DNA from: Candidatus Giovannonibacteria bacterium RIFCSPHIGHO2_12_FULL_44_22
Lineage (GTDB): Bacteria > Patescibacteriota > Minisyncoccia > UBA11713 > 2-01-FULL-45-33
DNA: 64,000 nt
Reading direction: 5' to 3'
NCBI GenBank assembly: GCA_001778695.1
Contig: MFHU01000003.1
Location: 75,112-139,111 of the forward strand
The notes below the pieces were generated by a model, which had not been told where the DNA came from, searched no databases, and saw only the letters and a list, made by a program, of their open reading frames with translations. Made by a program: the position numbers and the translations under genes. Positions 46,350-56,906 of the stretch are shown here, piece after piece (within the stretch, counting starts at the first letter, position 1; each line of letters starts with the position of its first letter).

Positions 46350-47660
46350 ATGAAAAAATATAAAATTGGCGTTGTAGGTTTATGGCATTTGGGCGAGATT
46401 TATAGCGCTGGCCTTTCCGATTTAGGCCACGACATTATTGGTTTTGATGAGAATAGTGAAATCGTTTCTAATTTAAATAAAGGTATTCCGCCATTGGCCG
46501 AACCAAAACTTGCTAAAATTATAAAGAAAAATATAAAAAACGGGCGACTATTTTTTAACAATGCGTTTGAGCAACTAAAAACCCGCGATATCATATGGCT
46601 CACTTTTGATACTCCAGTTGATGATAAAGATAACGTCAACCTCAAGCCCGTTTGGAATTTTTTAAAATCCAATGCTAAGTTTTTTAAAAATAACATATTA
46701 ATTATTATCTCAAGCCAAATGCCGGTAGGGACTTGCTCGGAAATTGAAAAACTTTTAGCTAGACTGCGCCCAAAACTTAATTTTAATTTGGCTTACGCGC
46801 CGGAAAACTTGCAGCTAGGCCGAGCTCTCAAAAGTTTTTTTGAGCCGGACAGAATTGTTATTGGGGCGTCAAGCCGCGAGGTTATTCAAAAAATAGAAAG
46901 CGTTTTTTCTGGAATTAAGACCAATTTTATACCCATGAGCGTCGCTTCGGCCGAGATGAGTAAGCACGCCCTAAACGCTTTTTTAGCCACTTCCATTGGT
47001 TTTATTGATGATATTTCTGATTTATCTAGAGCTTACGGCGCAGATGCGGTGGATGTTGCCAAATCGCTCCGCTCCGACAAAAGGATCGGCTCGTACGCGC
47101 GTCTTGATGCAGGTATTGGTTTTTCCGGAGGCACGCTGGCGAGAGATTTGAAAATTCTTATTAAAAAAGGCAGTGAGGTGGGAATAAAAGTCCCGCTCAT
47201 TTCAACTGTTTTTAAAAGGAATAATCTGAGGCGCAATTTGGTAGTTGAATATTTGAAAAAATATTTCGCCGCTTTGCGGCTACGCGGCAAAAAAATCGCG
47301 GTGCTGGGTCTTACTTATAAACCAGGGACTCCCACTTTGCGAAGAGCGATGTCTTTGGAGATTATTAAAAAGCTTAAAAAAGCAGGGGCAGTGGTATCCA
47401 CATGCGACCCGTTGGCGGATGAGAAAGAAGCCGAACACCTGACTGGCGCTAAATTTTATAAAAACCCGTATCTCGCTTTGAAAGGCGCTAACGCCGCGGT
47501 TTTTATTAATAACTCGCCGGAATTTAAAAAAATAAATTTTAAAAAAATGAAGGCGCTGATGAAAAAACCATTCATCTTTTTTGACACAGGAAATTATTTT
47601 TATGAACGCGAAAAAGAAATTAAAAAGCGAGGTTTTTTATACACAGGAATAGGCAGATAA
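46350..47660 (+). CDS. Nucleotide-sugar 6-dehydrogenase (UDP-glucose/GDP-mannose dehydrogenase family)
   Basis: N-terminal KIGVVGLWHLG Rossmann motif. 436 aa, typical domain order. Confidence 0.65.
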   Translation: MKKYKIGVVGLWHLGEIYSAGLSDLGHDIIGFDENSEIVSNLNKGIPPLAEPKLAKIIKKNIKNGRLFFNNAFEQLKTRDIIWLTFDTPVDDKDNVNLKPVWNFLKSNAKFFKNNILIIISSQMPVGTCSEIEKLLARLRPKLNFNLAYAPENLQLGRALKSFFEPDRIVIGASSREVIQKIESVFSGIKTNFIPMSVASAEMSKHALNAFLATSIGFIDDISDLSRAYGADAVDVAKSLRSDKRIGSYARLDAGIGFSGGTLARDLKILIKKGSEVGIKVPLISTVFKRNNLRRNLVVEYLKKYFAALRLRGKKIAVLGLTYKPGTPTLRRAMSLEIIKKLKKAGAVVSTCDPLADEKEAEHLTGAKFYKNPYLALKGANAAVFINNSPEFKKINFKKMKALMKKPFIFFDTGNYFYEREKEIKKRGFLYTGIGR

Positions 47661-47722
47661 AAAAATAAGCCGAGCTGGCAATCCTATTGATTTTATTTGG
47701 TAAAAGGCGATAATAAAACATT

Positions 47723-48652
47723 ATGATTTCCGTTGTGATTCCGGTCTATAATGAAGAAAAAAACGTTGCTATTTTGCATGGCAAAATAGCCAAGGCGATG
47801 CGGAAACTTAACGAGCCCTATGAGGTTATCTTTATAGAAGACGGATCTACCGACGATACGCTGAAAAACTTAAAATCCTTAAAAGGAGTAAAAATAATTA
47901 TTTTGGCGATGCCGCTCGGCCAAACTGCGGCGCTGGACGCAGGCATACACGAAACCCAGGGCGATATAATTATCACGATGGATGGCGATTTGCAAAACGA
48001 CCCCGCGGATATTCCGAAGCTGGTTGGAAAGATTCGCGAAGGATATGATGTTGTTTCCGGCTGGCGGCAGGATAGGCACGATTCAGTTGGACGCAGGGCT
48101 TTGTCAAGATTGGCTAATTGGCTTACTGCTAAGATGACCGGCCTTTATCTTCACGATTCCGCCTGCGCGCTTAAGGCTTACAGACGTGAGGTTTTGGTGC
48201 CTATTCATTTGTATGGAGAGATGCATGTGTTTTTGCCGGCGTATCTTTTTATGCGCGGAGCGAAGGTCGCGGAAATTCCGGTTTTGCATCATGCCAGAGA
48301 ATTTGGAACTTCCAAACACTATTTTATGAAGGCCGTAAAAGATATTTTTGATTTGCTTACGATTAAATTCATGTCCAGTTTAACCGGCCGGCCTCTGATA
48401 TTTTTTGGCGGCGCCGGAATCATATCGATTTTATTGGGCATTGCTGTCGGCGCGGTTGCCGCTTATCTTAAATTGGCGGAGCTTCGTAATTTTGGGCAAA
48501 CCCCTTTGCCAATCCTCGCAATTTTTTTTATTCTTTCCGGAATTTTATTTTTTATGGTTGGCTTTTTGGCCGAGCTATTGCTGCGGGTTTATTTTGAGAC
48601 TAATAGAAAAACGCCTTACATTATTAAGGAGCGGATTGAAACTCCCAAATAA
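47723..48652 (+). CDS. GtrB-like GT2 polyprenyl-phosphate glycosyltransferase with two C-terminal TM helices
   Basis: ISVVIPVYNEEKN, IFIEDGSTDDT and DGDLQNDP. C-terminal TM segments. Confidence 0.7.
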   Translation: MISVVIPVYNEEKNVAILHGKIAKAMRKLNEPYEVIFIEDGSTDDTLKNLKSLKGVKIIILAMPLGQTAALDAGIHETQGDIIITMDGDLQNDPADIPKLVGKIREGYDVVSGWRQDRHDSVGRRALSRLANWLTAKMTGLYLHDSACALKAYRREVLVPIHLYGEMHVFLPAYLFMRGAKVAEIPVLHHAREFGTSKHYFMKAVKDIFDLLTIKFMSSLTGRPLIFFGGAGIISILLGIAVGAVAAYLKLAELRNFGQTPLPILAIFFILSGILFFMVGFLAELLLRVYFETNRKTPYIIKERIETPK

Positions 48653-48658
48653 TTAATT

Positions 48659-49666
48659 ATGATTTTAACTAGGACTCCATTTCGCCTGCCGTTGGGCGGA
48701 GGCTCAACGGATTTGCCGGCTTATTATGAAAAGCACGGCGGTTTTATTTTCGCAGCGGCGGTCAACTTATATATGTATGTGGCCGTAAATCGCCCGCCAT
48801 CCGACGACATGATTCGTTTAAAATATCGCCAAAGCGAGGAAGTCAAAAATCTCGACGACATCAAGCATCCCCTTATCCGGGCGGCGCTTAAGCGCTCGGG
48901 TATAAATAAAATGATTGAAATTTCCTCAATGTCGGACATATCCGACGGTACGGGCTTGGGGAGCTCGGCCAGTTATTTGATAGGGCTTTTAAACGCGCTC
49001 CATTCTTTAAAAGGAGAAAATGTCTCGCGTAGGCATTTGGCGGAAGAGGCCTTTGAAATTGCGACCAGGGACTTGGGCCTTCCGGACGGTAAGCAGGATT
49101 TTTATCTGGCGTCTTTCGGGAATTTTTGCGTATTAGATATTGCGCCCTCGGGAGCGGTTACTGTTTCCAACGCCAATATTTCCAAATCCGTGCAAGATAC
49201 TTTTGAGCAGAGGACGCTTTTATTTTATACAGGCGTGCGAAGGAGCAGCGAAGATATTTTAAGAGAACAACAAACTGATATTCAGGCAAATAAAGAAAGC
49301 GCTTTAGAGCTTAAACATCAAACCAAAAGAATCGGTCAGAATGTTTTTAACGCCTTTGAGGCCGGCAGATTGGATGAATTCGGCAGTTTAATGGACGAAC
49401 ACTGGCATATCAAAAGAAAAATATCCGTGAAGATGAGCAATGATATGTTTGATGAAATTTATGAAAAAGCCAAGCAGGCCGGGGCGCTTGGCGGCAAGAT
49501 CGTCGGCGCTGGCGGGGGAGGATTTTTTTTGATTTACTGCCGGGAAGGCTCGCAGGATGCCGTCCGCAAAATATTTTCCCAATATGGATTGCGTGAAGTG
49601 CCCTTTTCTATGGATTCCGCCGGAACGCAGGTTTTAATGAATAAGCCAAGAACGTTTACTATATGA
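48659..49666 (+). CDS. GHMP-family sugar kinase (heptose-7-phosphate kinase HddA-like)
   Basis: GHMP motif DGTGLGSSASYLIGLLNAL and GGKIVGAGGGGF. Confidence 0.65.
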   Translation: MILTRTPFRLPLGGGSTDLPAYYEKHGGFIFAAAVNLYMYVAVNRPPSDDMIRLKYRQSEEVKNLDDIKHPLIRAALKRSGINKMIEISSMSDISDGTGLGSSASYLIGLLNALHSLKGENVSRRHLAEEAFEIATRDLGLPDGKQDFYLASFGNFCVLDIAPSGAVTVSNANISKSVQDTFEQRTLLFYTGVRRSSEDILREQQTDIQANKESALELKHQTKRIGQNVFNAFEAGRLDEFGSLMDEHWHIKRKISVKMSNDMFDEIYEKAKQAGALGGKIVGAGGGGFFLIYCREGSQDAVRKIFSQYGLREVPFSMDSAGTQVLMNKPRTFTI

Positions 49667-49800
49667 CCAGGTAGTAGAAAATTTGATTAATAATTTTGCT
49701 TTAACAAATAATTTGTAAAAACAATGTATCAGTTGTATAACAATCATTACTGCGACAAAACGGCTATTATTAAAAAGCAATCAAGTTTTTCACTACCTGG

Positions 49801-50601
49801 ATGATTTTGAAAAACAAAAAAGCGCTAATTACGGGAGGTAACGGCGTTATTGGAAGAACTATTGCCGAGTTTTTTGAACGGGAAGGATGCGATGTTATAA
49901 CAGCCAGTAGGTCCGGCAGTTATCCTGTTGATGTTGCTAATCCAGAGAGCGTTAAGAGCCTTATGAATTTAGTTGAGAAAAAATTCGGCGGGCTTGATAT
50001 TTTAGTGACCGCCGCAGGCACTTATGGCGAAATCGGCTCTTTGGAGAAATGCGACGAAGACAAGTGGTTTGACGCAGTAAAAACGAATTTATGGGGTACA
50101 TTTCTTTCAATAAAGCACGCCTTGCCTTTGCTCAAAAAAAATAGTGGCGGGAAAATAATTGCTTTCGCCGGTGGCGGGGACGGCCCTCTGCCAAATTTTA
50201 CTTCTTACGCAAGTTCCAAAGGCGGGGTTTTACGTTTGGTAGAATCATTGGCGCAGGAGTTTTTGCCTTACAGCATAGATATCAATGCCATCTCGCCTGG
50301 CCTGGTTAATTCCGACTTTCAGCAAGAGTTAATCAAAGCTGGCCCGGAAAGGGCGGGAGGCGAGAAGTATAAAGTCGCCTTGAAAGAAGCATCCGGCGAG
50401 GCCGAAACCGTTTCTCCGGAACGCGCCGCGGGATTGGCTGTTTTTCTGGCTTCCGAAAAATCCAACGGCATTACCGGCAAAAATATCAGCGCTGTTTGGG
50501 ACAAGTGGGAGGAATTTCCAAATCATCTTGAGCATATTAAAAAGTCGGATATTTATAATTTAAGACGCGTAAGACCAAAAGAACGCGGCTATGATTGGTA
50601 A
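49801..50601 (+). CDS. SDR-family oxidoreductase
   Basis: ALITGGNGVIGRTIA and the YASSK catalytic pair. Confidence 0.65.
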   Translation: MILKNKKALITGGNGVIGRTIAEFFEREGCDVITASRSGSYPVDVANPESVKSLMNLVEKKFGGLDILVTAAGTYGEIGSLEKCDEDKWFDAVKTNLWGTFLSIKHALPLLKKNSGGKIIAFAGGGDGPLPNFTSYASSKGGVLRLVESLAQEFLPYSIDINAISPGLVNSDFQQELIKAGPERAGGEKYKVALKEASGEAETVSPERAAGLAVFLASEKSNGITGKNISAVWDKWEEFPNHLEHIKKSDIYNLRRVRPKERGYDW

Positions 50602-51598
50602 AAAATACAATTTTGGGATAATCGGAGCCGGCCGCATGGGCGCGCGCTGGGCCAGTGTATTAAAAATGTACGGGCAGGCGTCTTTACGGGCTGTCGCTGA
50701 TCAAAATTTGCCTGGCGCTAAAGAATTAGCCGATCAGTTTAAAAATTGTCGAGTTTTTTCTGACCCGCGGCAGCTCTTAAAAATTAAAGATATTGACGCG
50801 GTGGTTATCGCTGTCCCGCATAAATTTTTAGCGCCGCTCTCAATAGAAGTATTGAAAGCGGGAAAACATGTTCTTTCTGAAAAGCCCGCCGGCGTAAGCT
50901 CTAGAGAGCTGGCCGAAGCCGTAAAAACAGCCAAAAAGCGGCGTTTGTCTTATATGGTGGGCTTTAATCATCGTTTTCATCCAGGCTACCTTTTGGCAAA
51001 AAAAATTATTAAAACAAAAAAAATCGGCGATATTTTATTTATAAGAGCCAGGTACGGTTTCGGCGGGCGTCTGGGTTATGAAAAAGAGTGGCGGATGAAT
51101 AAAAATTTTAGCGGCGGAGGAGAACTTTTGGACCAGGGCGTCCACATGATAGATCTGTGCCGAATGTTTTTGGGAAATTTCCATAAAGTTTGCGGGCTTG
51201 CCGAAAATCTTTACTGGAATTCTTCTGTGGACGACAACGCTTTTTTGATTCTTAAAAACAAACAGAATCAAATTGCCTCCATTCACGTAAGCTGGACAAA
51301 TTGGGACCCAATACACAACTTTGAGATTTACGGAACACTGGGTTATATTCGGATTGAGGGGCTTGGCAACGCACCACATAGCTATGGAAAAGAAAAACTA
51401 ACTCTTGGCTTAAGGAGCAAGAATTATTTTGATGCGCCGAAAGAAAAAGAATTTCTTTGCGGCGCGGATAGAAACCAATCTTTGCTGAAAGAACTGCAAG
51501 AATTTATATCATCAATCCGCGAGAAGAGAGTGCCGCGGCCTTCGGGAGAAGATGGATACCAAGCTTTAAAAATAGTGGAAAAGATTTATAAAAAATAA
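50591..51598 (+). CDS. Gfo/Idh/MocA-family sugar oxidoreductase
   Basis: NFGIIGAGRMGARW and the EKP motif (LSEKPAG). Confidence 0.65.
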   Translation: MIGKKYNFGIIGAGRMGARWASVLKMYGQASLRAVADQNLPGAKELADQFKNCRVFSDPRQLLKIKDIDAVVIAVPHKFLAPLSIEVLKAGKHVLSEKPAGVSSRELAEAVKTAKKRRLSYMVGFNHRFHPGYLLAKKIIKTKKIGDILFIRARYGFGGRLGYEKEWRMNKNFSGGGELLDQGVHMIDLCRMFLGNFHKVCGLAENLYWNSSVDDNAFLILKNKQNQIASIHVSWTNWDPIHNFEIYGTLGYIRIEGLGNAPHSYGKEKLTLGLRSKNYFDAPKEKEFLCGADRNQSLLKELQEFISSIREKRVPRPSGEDGYQALKIVEKIYKK

Positions 51599-51601
51599 TT
51601 T

Positions 51602-52537
51602 ATGAATAAGAAAAAAATTTTGGTTACGGGTATCGCCGGTTTTATTGGAAGCAATCTTGCTGATAGGCTTTTAGTAGCAGGGCACGAGGTATTAGGAATA
51701 GATAATTTATCTTATGGTTTAAAAGAACAAATCGCGCCGGAAGTAATTTTTCACAAGCTGGATATCCGGTCAAAAGATATTTATCCTCTGTTTGAGGGAA
51801 TAGACATGGTTTTTCATATGGCGGCAAAAAACTGCCTTTCTGACTGCCAAAAAGATCCGGTGGAAACGGCGGATATCAATGTCGTCGGCACGGTGAACGT
51901 TTTGGAGGCGGCCAGCCGAGCCAAGGTAAGAAAGGTCATTTACGCGGAAAGTTCGGACATGTATGGCGGCTTAAAAACCTTCCCGACCAATGAAGAAAAA
52001 ATACAGCCCGAAACTTTTTACGCGAATTCCAAAGCCGCAAGTCATTTTTTTGCCCAAAGCTACGTAAAATATCATCAGATGAATATTACTGGTCTCCGCT
52101 ATTTTAACGTTTATGGTCCGCGGCAAGACTGGCAAAGAACCGACCGGCCGATCGTGAGCGAATTTATTATCCAGCTTTTGCGCGGCGAGAGGCCGATTTT
52201 ATACGGCGAGGGTAGGCGCAGCAAGGATTATATTTATGTGGATGACATTAACGATTTTCATCTCTTGGCAATGGAAAACGACGCTACTAATGGCGAGGTA
52301 TATAATTTAGGCAGCGGCACAGCTACTAGTTTTAAGGAACTTTTGGACACCGTACAAAAGTTGTTGGGTAAGAAAGTGGAGCCTGAACTCCGCCCATCTT
52401 TGAGTTTTGGCGTGGAAAGGACAGAAGCCGATATTTCCAAAGCAAGAGCTTTAGGCTGGGAGCCGAAAACTTCTTTGGAAGAAGGATTAAGGCTAAGCAT
52501 AGATTATATTAAAAAACACGTTATCCCCAAATTATGA
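51602..52537 (+). CDS. NAD-dependent nucleotide-sugar epimerase/dehydratase
   Basis: KILVTGIAGFIGSNL and YANSKAASH. Confidence 0.7.
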   Translation: MNKKKILVTGIAGFIGSNLADRLLVAGHEVLGIDNLSYGLKEQIAPEVIFHKLDIRSKDIYPLFEGIDMVFHMAAKNCLSDCQKDPVETADINVVGTVNVLEAASRAKVRKVIYAESSDMYGGLKTFPTNEEKIQPETFYANSKAASHFFAQSYVKYHQMNITGLRYFNVYGPRQDWQRTDRPIVSEFIIQLLRGERPILYGEGRRSKDYIYVDDINDFHLLAMENDATNGEVYNLGSGTATSFKELLDTVQKLLGKKVEPELRPSLSFGVERTEADISKARALGWEPKTSLEEGLRLSIDYIKKHVIPKL

Positions 52538-53259
52538 AAGCCGTCATTATAGCCGGCGGTTTGAGCATTCGTTTACGGCCTTTAACCAACGACACTCCAA
52601 AGCCGATGATAGAAGTCGCAGGTCAAAATATTTTAGAGCGCGCGCTGGAACAGCTAAAAAAAGCCGGGGTGGTGGATATTATTTTAAATACTCATTACTT
52701 GGCCGATAAAATTTCTGATTATTTTGGCGATGGTTCTAAATTCGGCCTTAAGATTAAATATTTTTATGAGAAAGATTTGGTCGGCACCGCGGGGGCCATA
52801 AAGAGATTGGAAGAAAAGTTAAAAGAGCCGTTTTTAGTGATCTACGGCGACAATGTTTTTAATATGGATTTCGGAAAAATTTTAAGCATTCCGTTTGATG
52901 CCGGAAGCTTGGCGTTGATTGCGCTTTTTGATAGAAATATTAACGCCAACAGCGGAGCGGTTGGGCACGTTGTGGAAATTGACGACATGGGTTTCGTGAA
53001 AGGTTTTTGGGAAGGCACGGCGCGGCCTGACATTAATTTTATTAACGTCGGAGTTTATATTTTAAAACCGGAAATTTTTAAATATATTCCTGCCGGCGTT
53101 TTTTGCGATTTCGGCAAACATGTTTTTCCGGATTTGCTAAAAAAAGGTGTTCCAATTCAAACCTATATTATTCCTCACGGTGAGGCTGTATTTGGAGCTG
53201 ACACTTTTGAATATTTGGAAAAGACCAGAGAATACTTTGTGTCGCTTAGAGAGTTATAA
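52534..53259 (+). CDS. Sugar-1-phosphate nucleotidyltransferase (HddC-like)
   Basis: KAVIIAGGLSIRLRPLT...KPMIEV. Confidence 0.6.
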   Translation: MKAVIIAGGLSIRLRPLTNDTPKPMIEVAGQNILERALEQLKKAGVVDIILNTHYLADKISDYFGDGSKFGLKIKYFYEKDLVGTAGAIKRLEEKLKEPFLVIYGDNVFNMDFGKILSIPFDAGSLALIALFDRNINANSGAVGHVVEIDDMGFVKGFWEGTARPDINFINVGVYILKPEIFKYIPAGVFCDFGKHVFPDLLKKGVPIQTYIIPHGEAVFGADTFEYLEKTREYFVSLREL

Positions 53260-53265
53260 AAATAT

Positions 53266-53883
53266 ATGCCAAAAGATCACATAGCCACATATTTGGACGA
53301 AGTCGCTGAAATCGCGAAAAAAATAGACCAAGGATCAATACATAAAACTGTTAAGATTCTGCTGGATTTAAGAGATAAAAAAGGTCGACTTTTTATTCTT
53401 GGCGTCGGCGGCTCGGCGGCCAACGCCTCGCACGCCGTTAATGATTTCCGCAAGATTGCCCATATTCAATCTTATTCGCCGACAGATAATGTCGCGGAGC
53501 TTACCGCTAGAGTAAACGATGACGGTTGGGACTCTGTTTTCGCGCGCTGGCTTCTGCGTAACCATGTAACGCCCAACGACGCAGTGATGGTGCTTTCCGT
53601 AGGCGGAGGAAACGCCGAAAAAAACGTTAGCGCGAATATTGTGCACGCGTTAAATCATGCAAAAGCCGAAGGCGCAAAGATTATCGGCATCGTGAGCCGT
53701 GATGGCGGGCATACCGCTAAAATGGCCGATGCCTGTGTTCTTGTCCCCGTCGTCAACCAGGAAAATATAACGGCGCACGCAGAATCGTGGCAGGCCGTTA
53801 TCTGGCATGCGATTGTTTTTCATCCCAAATTAAAAATGATTGAAGGAAAATGGGAATCAATTCAAAAACCGATACTGTCTTGA
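53266..53883 (+). CDS. gmhA: Phosphoheptose isomerase (SIS domain)
   Basis: LFILGVGGSAANASHAVNDF SIS motif. About 200 aa. Confidence 0.7.
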   Translation: MPKDHIATYLDEVAEIAKKIDQGSIHKTVKILLDLRDKKGRLFILGVGGSAANASHAVNDFRKIAHIQSYSPTDNVAELTARVNDDGWDSVFARWLLRNHVTPNDAVMVLSVGGGNAEKNVSANIVHALNHAKAEGAKIIGIVSRDGGHTAKMADACVLVPVVNQENITAHAESWQAVIWHAIVFHPKLKMIEGKWESIQKPILS

Positions 53884-54422
53884 GGCGGGCGGTTTTTCTT
53901 GACCGCGATGGAGTGATAAACGACACCGTGGACCGCGGCGAAAATTTTTTCGTGAAAGGCAAGCAGGTACGATGGACTGCGCCGTACAGCTACGGCGAGT
54001 TCAAATTCAAAAGCGGCGTCGCTGAATCTTTGAAAAAATTCGGCGAACTCGGCTTTCTGCGCATTATAGTCACAAATCAGCCGGATGTGAAATACGGATT
54101 TATATCGAAAAAGGAGTATGATCTTATCATGTCTGATCTTCAAAGTTTGCCGCTGGACGATATTTTTGTGTGTTTGCATGCGAGAGATGACGGATGTGAA
54201 TGCAGAAAACCGAAACCAGGCATGATAGTTGAAGCTGCGAAAAAGTGGGGAATAGATTTAGGGAAATCGCTTATGATCGGAGACGCAGAAATTGACATGG
54301 ACGCCGGGAAGGCTGTTGGGCTCCGGACTATCTTGATGGACTATGAACACAACAAAGACGTGGCGGCGGATGTGCGTGTTAAAAATTTATCAGAAGCTGT
54401 AAAATACATAAAAACAATATGA
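53850..54422 (+). CDS. gmhB: HAD-family D,D-heptose 1,7-bisphosphate phosphatase
   Basis: AVFLDRDGVIN plus MIGDAEIDMDAGKAVG. The true start may be the TTG at 53880, which overlaps the gmhA stop. Confidence 0.65.
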   Translation: MGINSKTDTVLRRAVFLDRDGVINDTVDRGENFFVKGKQVRWTAPYSYGEFKFKSGVAESLKKFGELGFLRIIVTNQPDVKYGFISKKEYDLIMSDLQSLPLDDIFVCLHARDDGCECRKPKPGMIVEAAKKWGIDLGKSLMIGDAEIDMDAGKAVGLRTILMDYEHNKDVAADVRVKNLSEAVKYIKTI

Positions 54423-55153
54423 AAATTTTTATTGATAGCGCCAATTTAACGGATATTGAGGAGGGTTTAAAACGCGGCTTCGCGCAAGGAATTACGACTA
54501 ATCCCTCGCTTCTCGCCAAAGAGCCCAAGTCTTCTTTTGAGGCACATATCGGAAAAATTATTGAACTGATTAAAAAATACCAGCCGGGAATTCATTTAAG
54601 CGTTGAGGTTTTTTCGCGCGACCAGAAAACAATTTTAGAGCAAGCCCAGAAATTTATAAAACAATTTGCTTATCCGCAGATGAGCGTTAAGGTTCAGGTG
54701 GGATGGGATGAGTTGGAGACAATTAAAAAATTGAGCGCCGCTGGAATTTCCGTAAATTGCACAGCTTGCATGAGCGTGACGCAAGCGGTTATGGCCGCCC
54801 GTGCGGGCGCGAAATACGTCAGTTTATTTTGGGGGCGTATTCGCGATGGCGGATTGGATTTTGATATGCCGCGGGCGCGCGATGCGGCTTTTGCGAAGAA
54901 GGCCTTGGACAAAAATGATTTTGATCCTTTCTGGGTTGTTAAATCAACGCGCCAGATTTTGGACCAGGACAAAATTCCTTCCGAAATCATCGCGGGAAGC
55001 ATGAGGGGCGCGGTTGATGTCCGAGACGCTAGACTTGCCGGAGCGCATATCGTAACCGTCCCTCCCAAATTTTTCCCAGACATGATTTCTCACTTCAAAA
55101 CCGACCAAGTCGTCAACCAATTTTTGACTGATTTTGAGAAGTGGCTAAGTTAA
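54419..55153 (+). CDS. Transaldolase-family protein (fructose-6-phosphate aldolase/transaldolase)
   Basis: MKIFIDSANL...GITTNPSL. Confidence 0.65.
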   Translation: MKIFIDSANLTDIEEGLKRGFAQGITTNPSLLAKEPKSSFEAHIGKIIELIKKYQPGIHLSVEVFSRDQKTILEQAQKFIKQFAYPQMSVKVQVGWDELETIKKLSAAGISVNCTACMSVTQAVMAARAGAKYVSLFWGRIRDGGLDFDMPRARDAAFAKKALDKNDFDPFWVVKSTRQILDQDKIPSEIIAGSMRGAVDVRDARLAGAHIVTVPPKFFPDMISHFKTDQVVNQFLTDFEKWLS

Positions 55154-56886
55154 TTTATCAAGAACATTTTTGGGGGATTCTTGCGGCTTTTATAGTTGGT
55201 ATCATTTGCATTGCTCCGCAAATTGTTTTTATTATTTCCTTGGGAGATCAATACCGCGGCATTCCGATGATGCAGACGCCCAACGAAGAGGCATATCTGG
55301 CGATAATCAGGGAGGTCAACGAGGGCCATATCTTAGCCGCGTCTTTCCCGTTTTTTGAATATAAAAATTCCCTGCCACTTCTTCCGCCGACCATACCTAT
55401 TTTCTACGCGTTTTTTGCCTGGCTGTTTAATCTGAATTTGGTTAATCTCTTAATCGCCAGCAAATTTATTTTACCAGCTGTCTTATTTTTTCTGGTTTAT
55501 CTCCTGATTTACAAACTGGAGGGCGAGCCAGCCGAATGGCAAGGAAAGTTAAACGCGATTGCCGGAGGACTCGCGGTTGTTCTGGGGTTTGATTTAGTTG
55601 ATTACCGAACAGCGCTTTCTTTTTTATTCGGAGCGGATTCTCCGCAAAATTTTTTGATATGGACTCGTCCGGTTAATCCAATATCTGGAGCCGTGCTTCT
55701 TTTTATTTTTTTGATAGGGCTTTTAGAGTTGGTTGAAAAAAACAAGAAATTTTGGATTTGGATTTCCGGACTCGCTTTAGCGCTTATGACGGCGAGCTAT
55801 GTTTTTAGCTGGACTTTGGCGCTTGCCGTCACAGGACTTTTGGGTTTGTTTTATCTCGTTGAAAAACGATTTGACGCGATAAGAAACTTGTTAAAAGTCG
55901 TCGTTTTGGTGATTATCTTTTCCCTGCCTTACTGGATTATGGTCTGGTCTTCTTCGCTGGCGCCTGGGTTTGTGGACGCGGCGGGCCGGATTGGGACGAT
56001 TTACACTCATCAGCCGGTACTGAATAAATTTTTATTTTTTGTTTTAATAATTTTTGCGACCGCGTCATTTTTCTTTAAAAAAGAGCTCAAGGGCAATAAG
56101 CCGCTCTGGTGGTTATTTTCCGCGGCTTTTATTTTAGGCGGGTTTATTGTTTATAATCATCAGATTTTAACCGGAATTGATGTTTGGCACTATCACTATG
56201 TTTTTTACACTATCCCCTTGGGTTTAGTAGTTTTATCGCTTACCCTTTGGCATTATTTGCGTCCGAAATTACCTTCGGTTTGGTTAGCGATCGTTTATGT
56301 TATTATATTTTCTTCTTCGGCATTTGGCATTTACACGCAAATGGCGGTTTTTGGAAATAATTTTCAAAGCTATAAGGATTTTCAGCGCCACGCTGCTTTA
56401 ACAGATTTTTTAAACAGCAGCGGGAAAAATGGCTGTGTTGTGCTGTCAAATAAACATGACGGGCTATGGCCCAATTTTATTCCGGCGTTTACTTCTTGCG
56501 ACATGTACACATCCGGCGAGATAGAAAATATGGTGCCGCGGGAGCGCCTATATCATAATTATCTTGTTTTATTGCGGCTTAAAGGCGTGGCGGCTTCAGA
56601 AATAGATTCCTATCTTAAAAACAACAGGAATGAGGCATACGGTTTTTTGCGCTCGCAAATTTTTGATGCCGATGTTTATCCGGACGCAAAGTTCCGTGAA
56701 GCATTTGGGCGCCTGCCGGCAAATTATCGGGAGTTTTTGAAGAAAGATTTTCGCGACGAACTTTTTAAATACCGCTTGGATTATATTTTGTCCGATGGCG
56801 CGCTCAGAGAAACAGTTGTTAAGTCTTTGTCTTTAGAAAAGATTTTTAACGTGGACAATATGTTTCTTTATTCTTTCATTAAATAA
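55141..56886 (+). CDS. Large polytopic membrane protein (GT-C-like?)
   Basis: More than 10 TM segments plus a soluble C-terminal domain. Confidence 0.4.
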   Translation: MAKLIYQEHFWGILAAFIVGIICIAPQIVFIISLGDQYRGIPMMQTPNEEAYLAIIREVNEGHILAASFPFFEYKNSLPLLPPTIPIFYAFFAWLFNLNLVNLLIASKFILPAVLFFLVYLLIYKLEGEPAEWQGKLNAIAGGLAVVLGFDLVDYRTALSFLFGADSPQNFLIWTRPVNPISGAVLLFIFLIGLLELVEKNKKFWIWISGLALALMTASYVFSWTLALAVTGLLGLFYLVEKRFDAIRNLLKVVVLVIIFSLPYWIMVWSSSLAPGFVDAAGRIGTIYTHQPVLNKFLFFVLIIFATASFFFKKELKGNKPLWWLFSAAFILGGFIVYNHQILTGIDVWHYHYVFYTIPLGLVVLSLTLWHYLRPKLPSVWLAIVYVIIFSSSAFGIYTQMAVFGNNFQSYKDFQRHAALTDFLNSSGKNGCVVLSNKHDGLWPNFIPAFTSCDMYTSGEIENMVPRERLYHNYLVLLRLKGVAASEIDSYLKNNRNEAYGFLRSQIFDADVYPDAKFREAFGRLPANYREFLKKDFRDELFKYRLDYILSDGALRETVVKSLSLEKIFNVDNMFLYSFIK

Positions 56887-56906
56887 AAAAAGGGCGGTTA
56901 GGACGC
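56881..56906 (-). terminator. Terminator hairpin for the radical SAM gene
   Basis: Minus-strand reading AGGGCG-TCCTAAC-CGCCCT followed by TTTTTTT. Confidence 0.5.
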
